Shown here: positions 56,372 to 64,000 of the stretch, piece after piece
Layout of the letters: each line of letters begins with the position of its first letter
How positions within the stretch are numbered: position 1 is the stretch's first letter
The notes under the pieces: generated by a model
Told to the model about the DNA's origin: nothing
Seen by the model: the letters and a program-made list of their open reading frames with translations, nothing else
The model's database searches: none
IMG/VR virus record: IMGVR_UViG_2609460327_000001
Span: 32,001-96,000 of that record
Origin: a virus
Lineage: Duplodnaviria > Caudoviricetes
Length of the DNA stretch: 64,000 nucleotides
Reading direction: 5' to 3' (one strand)
Translations under genes and position numbers: made by a program

Positions 56372-58117
56372 ATGTTTAGAGATGAAACTAACCTAAACGC
56401 TAAGGGCCGCGTTAAACTTGAAATGTATAACGATCATGAGGGTGTTTTCTTCACAAAAGAGAAGAAAAACATTGCCGTTCATAGTCTGAATAATATCATT
56501 GCACAAATGATGGCTGATCCGGCTGGCAAGACTCGTGCGAAGCAAACAGACAAGGGTGAAACGGCGCTTGCACCAAATGCAAAAGGCGTTTACGAATTTG
56601 ATCTCTCAATTGCCTGTGAATCCGAAGGAACCTACACGACTGATGTAGGTTCCGCTAATACAAGCACAGATCTTGTTATTCCGGATATCACACGGCTCTT
56701 GAGCGTCATTTCTGTAGAGGCTGATGGCCAAGCCCTTGTGTTAAATAAAGACGTATCCATTAAAGACCCAGACTCTGCAACATTAAAATTTACGGCTGCA
56801 CCAAAAAATACAGTTACAGTGAAGTTCCGGAAAGTAGCGTCCGAGTATGCTGAGGTCGTAGCGGGTTCAGAGGCGATTACTGTGGGCGGAGAAGCATATG
56901 TGCTTGCAGATGTTCCATCGGAAGAGAACAAACAGTACGCTATTGATTACAAGCTTGGTAAGGTTTACTTTGCTGCAGCTAAGACGAACGTCAAAGCAGA
57001 TTATCAATTCAAGCTGTTCTACTCCTTGGGCTTTATGGGGCTCGGCGGAAAGCCAGAAGGGCATCCAGAAAATAAACCGGTTGAGTTCGCTGAATCTGAT
57101 AAGCTTCGCATCAAAATGGATGGGGAATACGATGGAGCTCGTCAATTGATTCAGTATCCTTCGCTAATAAGTATGGGCGATCCGGAAGTGGAAGTCTTCC
57201 CGACTAAGCCGATTACTTTCTCAGAGAAAGTCATTACGGTGACGGGTGATGGAGCAGCAACATCGTTCCCGCTGAATCCAGAAAATAAAGTGCTTAAAAT
57301 TCTAAGCGCTAAACTGGAAACTGATGCAACAGACGTAACGGTTACATTGGAAGGATCGAATGTCGTGTTTGCTGAAGCGCCAGCGGAGGGAGTGAAGGTA
57401 GTCGTTCGTTTCCAAGATCAGCTGGACAATAGTCATCTGACTTTTGAAATGGCAGATGCACCAATCATGGAGCTTGTATCCGTTAAGCATCAAGCGTTGG
57501 ATAACACCGTTAAAGAGTACAAGATTGTAGACAAAGGCCTTAGCATCGGCAAAGGTGATGTGTGGATCGTTAACTCTGGCAAAGGCATTATTCAATTCAG
57601 CCTCGCACCGCAAGGAGTAGATGCTCTTGATCCTGCGAAGAAACCTCCAGTCGTAGAAACTCCAGGGCTGTTGACATTCGAATATCGAGTGAACAGTGGT
57701 ACGACCGTTCAATTTGTAGCCGACTTCCCTAAAGGAGTTCCAGGTCCAATGAACGTGGAGAAAACAGAAACACTGAACGTATCTTCTGCTGTAACGACTT
57801 ACACTCTCAATAAGGCTGCTACTAAAGATGCTGAGGGCAAATTCATCCTTGCTGTAACGTTGAACGGCGTAGCTCAGGTTGAAGGCACTGGTTATGATGT
57901 GTCCGCTGACGGGAAGCAAATCACATTCAAAGTCTCTCTTCAAGATACAGATAGCGTGAATGTGGTGTATCAGTACAGCGAAACTACACACGTAATCTAT
58001 CAAGTAGGTATGTTTGCAGAGCAGGAAGAAGGAAAGATGTCTAACATCTCCGGTATTGGTCCTGTTACTAAAGACGCAAGCACAGGCATGAGAGTAACCT
58101 GGTCAATGACAATCTAA
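56372..58117 (+). CDS. Paralogous fibre/collar-like structural protein
   Basis: KGRVKLE...N; FVADFP; IYQVGMF...RVTWSM parallel the previous gene. Confidence 0.65.
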   Translation: MFRDETNLNAKGRVKLEMYNDHEGVFFTKEKKNIAVHSLNNIIAQMMADPAGKTRAKQTDKGETALAPNAKGVYEFDLSIACESEGTYTTDVGSANTSTDLVIPDITRLLSVISVEADGQALVLNKDVSIKDPDSATLKFTAAPKNTVTVKFRKVASEYAEVVAGSEAITVGGEAYVLADVPSEENKQYAIDYKLGKVYFAAAKTNVKADYQFKLFYSLGFMGLGGKPEGHPENKPVEFAESDKLRIKMDGEYDGARQLIQYPSLISMGDPEVEVFPTKPITFSEKVITVTGDGAATSFPLNPENKVLKILSAKLETDATDVTVTLEGSNVVFAEAPAEGVKVVVRFQDQLDNSHLTFEMADAPIMELVSVKHQALDNTVKEYKIVDKGLSIGKGDVWIVNSGKGIIQFSLAPQGVDALDPAKKPPVVETPGLLTFEYRVNSGTTVQFVADFPKGVPGPMNVEKTETLNVSSAVTTYTLNKAATKDAEGKFILAVTLNGVAQVEGTGYDVSADGKQITFKVSLQDTDSVNVVYQYSETTHVIYQVGMFAEQEEGKMSNISGIGPVTKDASTGMRVTWSMTI

Positions 58118-58134
58118 GATAGGACGGTGACAGC

Positions 58135-58647
58135 ATGGCTACACCTAACTACATGAAGCGGATCGCCTTTCTGGATGGACAAGTACTGCACGACTTTCAC
58201 TTGAATACGATGCAGAAAAACATTTCGGAAGCGATTAAGCTGAAAACCATGTACGAGCGATATGACATGCTGTTGCTGTGCTCTCCATATAAGCTCTACT
58301 TTGCAGAGCCGTTTGTGGATGAGGTGTACAAAGATCCATCGAGTACTGCAATTCTGGATACTCTAACGAACTCCATTAAAGCAGACTCATGGATCTCTGT
58401 GCTCCATGAGCTACCAGCAACAACAGATGAGTTATATTTGCTTGCGAATCAAGAGGTGGACGTAGCGAATGGTGCATCTGTCGATTACTACTATCGTGTG
58501 AATACAAGTTCACCGTGGCAGAAGATGACAACAGATGTTGCTGTTTACCTAAGTACACCCACGAAGTTTGTACAAATTCGAATTGACTGCAAATACACCG
58601 GAACAGTAAGACCAGCTGTATATGATTACTGTCTAATGTGGAAGTAA
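58135..58647 (+). CDS. Putative structural protein
   Basis: F.DGQVL...LN.MQ pattern seen at the N-termini of phage structural proteins. Confidence 0.55.
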   Translation: MATPNYMKRIAFLDGQVLHDFHLNTMQKNISEAIKLKTMYERYDMLLLCSPYKLYFAEPFVDEVYKDPSSTAILDTLTNSIKADSWISVLHELPATTDELYLLANQEVDVANGASVDYYYRVNTSSPWQKMTTDVAVYLSTPTKFVQIRIDCKYTGTVRPAVYDYCLMWK

Positions 58648-58660
58648 AGGAGGAAAGAAC

Positions 58661-58972
58661 ATGGCTCATGTAACCAAGCACCCTACTCACCCTAAGTATC
58701 GCATGAAAGTCGGAACAATGCCGGATTTCAGCGGCGAAAACGACGTAGATGGCGAGCAGCCCTTTGGCGTAGTAGATGGAGTTAATAAGATATTCGTTTT
58801 AGCGAATAACCCTATTAAGAACTCTTACAAGGTCTTTCGGGATGGGATGAGGCTTAGACGCGGAGCGGATTACGACTATGTTGTTAACGGCAAGGAGATT
58901 ACTTTCACTGAGCCGCCGCCTAAAAACTCCACAATCCTTGTAGATTATAAATTGCAGGTGGCGACATCATGA
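58661..58972 (+). CDS. Small beta-sandwich structural protein
   Basis: G.VDG.N..F.L...VFRDGMRL...DY...G..ITF..PP...ILVDY. Confidence 0.65.
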   Translation: MAHVTKHPTHPKYRMKVGTMPDFSGENDVDGEQPFGVVDGVNKIFVLANNPIKNSYKVFRDGMRLRRGADYDYVVNGKEITFTEPPPKNSTILVDYKLQVATS

Positions 58973-60114
58973 GTCTGGTCCTTCGAACGTTTCCGGTGCA
59001 TCTAAGTCAGAAGGTTGATCTCGATAGCGATATTGAGGTCACTTTTCTATTCGATATCTTTAAGGAATCCATTAATACAAATAACGTCATGCTCTTGAAC
59101 CTGAAGACACAGAAGGGCGAAGAGATCAGCGTTGTATATAAAGACAAACTGCTTAAAATCCTGCCAGCCAGAAGACTCGAACCACTAACACATTATCAAG
59201 TGGAGCTGGTTGGCGGGGTAGAAGGCGGTATTCGGGATATTACCGAGCGTCCGCTTCTACAAAGTTACAAGTTTGAATTTGTAACCGGCAATGAGACTCG
59301 AATGGCACGTCCTCTAATCACATCGCCTACAGATCTATCCGAAATCACAGGTGATGCTAAATTCACCTGGCTGCCGGTAGACAGAGCAGACCACTACGAG
59401 CTGGAGATATCCAAGAGCAATACATTCGATGTATTGGTTTGGCCACACCAGAATACGGGCTTGATCTTTGATACACAGGTAGTGCCTGATATTGATTATC
59501 AAAAAGGGATTACCTACTATGCCCGAATTAGAGCGGTCAATATTCAAGGGGTGAAAAGCGCTTATTCGAATCCGATTCGCTATCACTATGATGGGATTGA
59601 TGAGACCGAGCCACCTCCTGAAAAAGAGACGATTAACATTGACCATGTTAAAACGCTGCAGGCCGAGGGTGGAGAAGTGCTGTTCCGCATGGATAAGCCA
59701 TACACACCAGGCATCGGGCAGCTAAGTGTCTACCTGAATGGCATGAAATTGCAGCCTTGCTCAGGACCAACAGTGACGGATGGAGACTACCGTGAAGTAG
59801 ATCAATATTTCATGATGTTTGTAGAGCCGTTGCAAGCTGAGGATGCAATAGAGTTCAGAATTGCCAACGCTGTAAAACAGGATGTACTCGTGGGCAGGGA
59901 AACCACGCCAGCATCTGAGATCGATACCCTAAGAGATTACTTCGCAGCTCAGCTTGAAGAGTTAGCGCCAGTATTGGCCGTAAGCTCAGTTAAGCCAAAG
60001 AACGGCTCCTTGATGGTCACAGACTTATCTAGTATCATCATTGAGTTTAGCCAAGAGGTTGATCCGAAGAGTATTGATGAAGAAACGGTCTATGTCGTTT
60101 CTGAAAAAAACTAA
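58969..60114 (+). CDS. Ig-like (Big_5) and FN3-like domain structural protein
   Basis: I.VTF...I...SIN...L.I.P...LEP.T.Y.V...GIRDI.G; FTW.PV..A..YELEIS...YYARIRAVN. Confidence 0.75.
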   Translation: MSLVLRTFPVHLSQKVDLDSDIEVTFLFDIFKESINTNNVMLLNLKTQKGEEISVVYKDKLLKILPARRLEPLTHYQVELVGGVEGGIRDITERPLLQSYKFEFVTGNETRMARPLITSPTDLSEITGDAKFTWLPVDRADHYELEISKSNTFDVLVWPHQNTGLIFDTQVVPDIDYQKGITYYARIRAVNIQGVKSAYSNPIRYHYDGIDETEPPPEKETINIDHVKTLQAEGGEVLFRMDKPYTPGIGQLSVYLNGMKLQPCSGPTVTDGDYREVDQYFMMFVEPLQAEDAIEFRIANAVKQDVLVGRETTPASEIDTLRDYFAAQLEELAPVLAVSSVKPKNGSLMVTDLSSIIIEFSQEVDPKSIDEETVYVVSEKN

Positions 60115-60120
60115 GAGAGG

Positions 60121-60414
60121 TTGAGTGAGATGGCTGAGATCAGAAAGAAGGGCGGAAATGCAATGCCGGTTCGGGTGACGAACCAAATGACATCAGTTAG
60201 AAATGAATCACCTATTCCGGATTCCGTGGACAGCCAGACCTTTCTCACAAAGAATGCTTTTGTCTCAGGGACACTATTCGTCAGTCTAAACGGCATGAGA
60301 ATGCATGAGGGCGAAGACAACGATTATATAGAGCTGAGTAGTCAGAAGTTCAGGTTTAACTTTCCATTGGAATCAGAGGATGCTGTGATTTGTGACTATA
60401 TATTAATCCTTTAA
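60121..60414 (+). CDS. Small beta-sandwich structural protein
   Basis: L.V.LNGMR...G..NDY.E; similar to the 58661 product. Confidence 0.6.
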   Translation: MSEMAEIRKKGGNAMPVRVTNQMTSVRNESPIPDSVDSQTFLTKNAFVSGTLFVSLNGMRMHEGEDNDYIELSSQKFRFNFPLESEDAVICDYILIL

Positions 60415-60428
60415 GGAGTGAAACACAC

Positions 60429-61805
60429 ATGGCAATTACTCGTTTTCGTGGTGAACAAATTAGAGATGCCGTATTGAAAAACAGCCATATTGCCGATGAT
60501 GCAGCCATTGCTGAGTCGAAACTGGCGGTTAACTGGGAAGAGCATTATCAGACGGCACTAGAAGGCAAGAAAGTTGCCGACTACATTCAAGTCATTGCGA
60601 CAGATGTATCCGGCGTAGCCAATCTGGATGTCTCTGAAATCATTCCGGCAACCGTGCCAAACGTGTTGTCTGACCCACTTTCCGGTGAAGGCGTTATCGT
60701 TGATGCGCCAAAGAATAAAGTAATCCTCCGTGACGTTGTAACCGGCGAACCGGTTCTGGATGATAAAGACCAAGAAGTATTCGGTCGAATGACTTTCGAA
60801 GGCGGCGTCTTCGTTCTGAAATTCTACTCTCCTGACGGCGCAGGTGAAGTTCCATTCACAATGCCTGAAGGACAGAAGATCGACTGGCAATACCTGAAAC
60901 GCTTCAACCTTCAGACGGTTTCGGAGATGTTCGCAGCGAACGAGAAGTTTGCTGAAGGTACGGCTGATGCAACAGCTCACCTGAACATCAACCAGCTGGC
61001 ACAAGACCTTTACGGCGCAGGGTTCTCTCTGGATCGCGATGGTAACGGCAACTTGCCTAAAGCAATTGTTCAGCAAATCGCAGATGAGATTCAAGCTCGT
61101 ATTGCTGCTGATCAGGCAATCCGTACTGACTTCGCAAGTAATGAAGCTGGCAAAGGTGCAAGCACCATTGGCGTACAGGATGAAGCTGGACACTTCGCAG
61201 GCGCTACGGTTGAAGCAGTACTAGCTGAAATCTTTGAGGCTCTTACTGGAATCTCAAACGGCGGAACTACAACTCAAGTTGAAGTAGATGCTGCTCGGGT
61301 ATCCACGCTTACTGGCGAACATGAGGCACTGAATGATCGTCTTGAAGCTGACGCTGCTGCTCTTGCTAAGCAAGTAGCAGATGAGAAGGAAAGAGCTGAG
61401 GCGGCCGAAGAAGCACTCGCTGGGCGTGCGACTGATCTGGAAACAGAAGTCACAGCAGCACGCGGTACCGCAGAAACCATCGATGCTCGCCTGGATCGCG
61501 CTCTGAATGAAGATGGAACGCTTAAGGCAGGTAAAGATATTCACCGTCACCCTAAAGCAGTTTATGTCGCAAACGGCGGAGAATCTGTTGTACAGCTTGC
61601 TGACTTCAACGTAGAGGATCTGCCTCCTTATCAAGTCGGAGACATGACGCTTGACGTTTATATCAACGGTGGCTTGCAGCATGAAGGGCTCAACTATGCA
61701 GAAGTTGCTGGCGGCTTGTCGATCAACTTCGATGTTGGCGACGGAACGACTCTTATTACAGGCGACTTGGTAACAATCAAGTATCAAGTCAACAACGTAG
61801 AGTAG
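60429..61805 (+). CDS. Fibre-like structural protein with a coiled coil
   Basis: EV.AAR...L..RL repeats and a C-terminal VYING.LQ..G.NY.E domain. Confidence 0.7.
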   Translation: MAITRFRGEQIRDAVLKNSHIADDAAIAESKLAVNWEEHYQTALEGKKVADYIQVIATDVSGVANLDVSEIIPATVPNVLSDPLSGEGVIVDAPKNKVILRDVVTGEPVLDDKDQEVFGRMTFEGGVFVLKFYSPDGAGEVPFTMPEGQKIDWQYLKRFNLQTVSEMFAANEKFAEGTADATAHLNINQLAQDLYGAGFSLDRDGNGNLPKAIVQQIADEIQARIAADQAIRTDFASNEAGKGASTIGVQDEAGHFAGATVEAVLAEIFEALTGISNGGTTTQVEVDAARVSTLTGEHEALNDRLEADAAALAKQVADEKERAEAAEEALAGRATDLETEVTAARGTAETIDARLDRALNEDGTLKAGKDIHRHPKAVYVANGGESVVQLADFNVEDLPPYQVGDMTLDVYINGGLQHEGLNYAEVAGGLSINFDVGDGTTLITGDLVTIKYQVNNVE

Positions 61806-61865
61806 CACAATTTCCCCTCGATTATGAGGGGATATACATAAAAATGAGTGAAGGAAGGCATCGCC

Positions 61866-62444
61866 ATGAAGCACATTGGAGAATATGCGAAGAACCAAGA
61901 GATTATCTTAGAATTATTGACCTATGATGAAGAAAGCATGCCCATTCCTGCCGATTTCTTTCCCACTGCAATCGTTGAGTATTATAGCTCAAATGGTCTT
62001 ACTCAAGTGGCCCATGTTACACTTGAAGAAGCAAAAAATGGCTTATATATGAAGAGTTTTACTGTGCCTGAAAGCTTTACTACCGGGCATTATGTAATCA
62101 CTTACGAAGCAACAATTGATGGAGAATTATATACAGTCTTAGAGCGATTTAGAGTCATTGGCTCCAGTAATGATTCATCGTCTACACCTACCCAAAAAGT
62201 AGCAGTATCTGATCTTACTATTCTTACTCCTTCAGGACTTCCGACAACGGTCGTGATGGCGGGCGGGCCTGTGAAGCTCGCAGTCGTTCGCATATGGAGT
62301 CAGGATAAAAAGACGCTGATCGATACGATATCGACAGATGCGCAAGGTCACTGGCATACATCATTGTATCCGGGGTCCTATCAGTTCGAATTTATACATC
62401 CGAACGGGACGCTGCTGCGAACTTTAGAAAAGGTGGTGAAATGA
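61866..62444 (+). CDS. Putative structural protein (prealbumin-like C-terminal domain)
   Basis: TDAQGHW...LYPGSY motif. Confidence 0.6.
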   Translation: MKHIGEYAKNQEIILELLTYDEESMPIPADFFPTAIVEYYSSNGLTQVAHVTLEEAKNGLYMKSFTVPESFTTGHYVITYEATIDGELYTVLERFRVIGSSNDSSSTPTQKVAVSDLTILTPSGLPTTVVMAGGPVKLAVVRIWSQDKKTLIDTISTDAQGHWHTSLYPGSYQFEFIHPNGTLLRTLEKVVK

Positions 62445-63256
62445 TGGACATTGGATACAAAGACTATATTCCTCCTAGTATGTTCGGAATGAATGTAAAT
62501 TTCTTTGTCATTCTGGATGACGGAACGGAGATTACGCTTGAAGATGCGAAATCGGCGGGTCGAGGGATTCGAAAGCTTGTAGTTAAACCAGTAGATTCTA
62601 TACTCCTGAATCACAACTACACTGTTGTGGTGGACGGGGTTAAGAATGCAGATGGTGACGCTTTAGAAGAGCCTAGTGTCTCCGTAATCAGTACAGAGTT
62701 CAGCCCATTGTATGCTAAGCCGGTAGAGCTAAGACCATTGCTTCGTCAGTTGATGAGTTATTTCACCGTATACGAATTATACGTTGCCCTGCGAGATGCC
62801 GGCCAAAAAGCTCATCAGCTTCAAGATATGATTATCGATGCGAACAACAATAGATATGACTTACTAGAAGAGCGTGATACTTCTTATTACCCTACTCAGA
62901 AGTTTGTCGTGTATGAAGCAGCGATTAATCTATTATCCTCTTTGCTTGTTACTGTCATGGATCAGCAAAACATCGGGAACCCAAATGAGACCATTAGTGT
63001 TAATGGGGGAGACGAGGTTCAGCTGGGCGATTTCCGAATTGTTCCGGGAGGATCTTCTTCTACCACTTCAAGCGGTAACTCAAGTGCAACTGTTCCGATC
63101 AACCTGATCAAGCAGACACTTGAAACCTTGTCTGGAGATCATAAGTTCTGGATGGACGCTATGATGGGACGCAATAAGCGCGGATACGCAACGCCAGTTA
63201 GCGCTTCGATGAAAGTAAATAACGGCGCGACACCAGACGACAGAGGTCTTGAATAA
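62441..63256 (+). CDS. Putative head-tail adaptor
   Basis: Position; LYA.P.EL...V.LGDF pattern. Confidence 0.5.
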   Translation: MMDIGYKDYIPPSMFGMNVNFFVILDDGTEITLEDAKSAGRGIRKLVVKPVDSILLNHNYTVVVDGVKNADGDALEEPSVSVISTEFSPLYAKPVELRPLLRQLMSYFTVYELYVALRDAGQKAHQLQDMIIDANNNRYDLLEERDTSYYPTQKFVVYEAAINLLSSLLVTVMDQQNIGNPNETISVNGGDEVQLGDFRIVPGGSSSTTSSGNSSATVPINLIKQTLETLSGDHKFWMDAMMGRNKRGYATPVSASMKVNNGATPDDRGLE

Positions 63257-63738
63257 TGAGAGACCTTAGAGAAGATCTAGCGAAATTTTTCGATAAATAT
63301 GCTCACAATGTCGTTTATGTTCGTCGTGATCCACGATTCCGATGCGCTTGCTATTCTGAACGAAGCGGTGAGCCAACCAGCAATTGTCCTAAATGCTTCG
63401 GGACTTCCTATGTCGTATCAATGGAGAAAGTGAGAACCAGAAGAACACTTAGTTCTGTTCCGGAGTCACTGCCAAATACGAATAGATCCGCTGCATTTGG
63501 TAGCATGGTGCCTAAGCAGTATGTCTACTACTTAGAACACGATATCAATCCGAAAGAGAATGATCTTATTCTAGAAGTCCAATGGGACAAGGGCATGCCG
63601 GTTCGCATTATGCAAAAGCACAGTATAAGTGTAGCTGAGCCACTTTACGGCAAAGGCGGTCGAGTGGAGTTCTGGGTGACTTATCTGAAGCATTCAATGG
63701 GGGAGGCGGGAGACAATGCAGCCCTCACCAAATATTGA
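63256..63738 (+). CDS. Putative neck/head-closure protein
   Basis: RCAC...CPKCFGT.Y motif typical of large-myovirus neck proteins. Confidence 0.6.
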   Translation: MRDLREDLAKFFDKYAHNVVYVRRDPRFRCACYSERSGEPTSNCPKCFGTSYVVSMEKVRTRRTLSSVPESLPNTNRSAAFGSMVPKQYVYYLEHDINPKENDLILEVQWDKGMPVRIMQKHSISVAEPLYGKGGRVEFWVTYLKHSMGEAGDNAALTKY

Positions 63739-64000
63739 TTATTTTCAACTTCCTCATATCTATTCCAGTGTAAACCTGGCGATAGGTAAACGAATCATCG
63801 TTCTTGGGGAATCTACCAAAGGATCACTTTATGATCCCATTGCAGTTACCAGTGTAACTTTAGCAAAGAAAGTCTTTGGCGAAGGACCATTAATAGAGCG
63901 CTTCAAAGATTTATATCTAGGTGGTCAAGTGGGAGCCTATTTAATGAGAGTTGAACGTAATGCGTTACAAACATCGCTTAGTACACTCCTTAAATTCCCC
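63716..64000 (+). CDS. Tail sheath-like protein (partial, runs off the right edge)
   Basis: Manual translation MQPSPN...IIVLGESTKG..YDPI.V.S...AKKVFGEG.L resembles sheath N-termini. Confidence 0.6.
   Translation, partial: MQPSPNIDYFQLPHIYSSVNLAIGKRIIVLGESTKGSLYDPIAVTSVTLAKKVFGEGPLIERFKDLYLGGQVGAYLMRVERNALQTSLSTLLKFP

Noticed and set aside
49533-61898. Long minus-strand ORFs opposite structural genes (49533, 50770, 57302, 60558, 61254) and plus-strand ORFs opposite the polymerase
   Set aside because: These are antisense shadows expected from strong codon bias, with no RBS or recognisable motifs.

Overview
This window is part of a large tailed-phage genome, probably a myovirus. Its host is probably a Bacillales/Paenibacillaceae member, inferred from sigma-A-type promoters, GGAGG RBSs and a Gram-positive LexA box. 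Transcription diverges near 33,600. The left arm (<1-33,445, minus strand) begins with a ~1,200-aa two-barrel single-subunit polymerase of the cellular-RdRP/YonO type. It continues with dozens of small early genes, then RNase H, a SNF2 helicase, an E2/ubiquitin-like/E1 (PRTRC-like) cassette, a GT2 glycosyltransferase, a 3D-domain hydrolase, SSB, RecA, a UDG-like protein and regulators. The right arm (33,690->64,000, plus strand) has small early genes, a cluster of putative small RNAs and a ParM/ParR-like partition pair suggesting a phage-plasmid lifestyle. It ends with the morphogenesis block: terminases, portal-MuF, protease/scaffold, capsid, Ig-rich structural proteins, neck proteins and the start of the sheath. 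The most unusual signals are five. (1) About 11 unrelated small proteins share the N-terminal heptapeptide M-[ED]-L-[MIL]-x-x-Y, conserved at the protein level. (2) Seven copies of an intergenic cUAACg + GGCUUUUUGAA element, four with compensatory stems. (3) A genome-wide palindromic operator TGTAAnGCnTTACA. (4) A 21-bp-periodic iteron/centromere-like array. (5) A large structured non-coding segment directly behind the polymerase gene. All protein calls come from motif recognition by eye; no database search was run.
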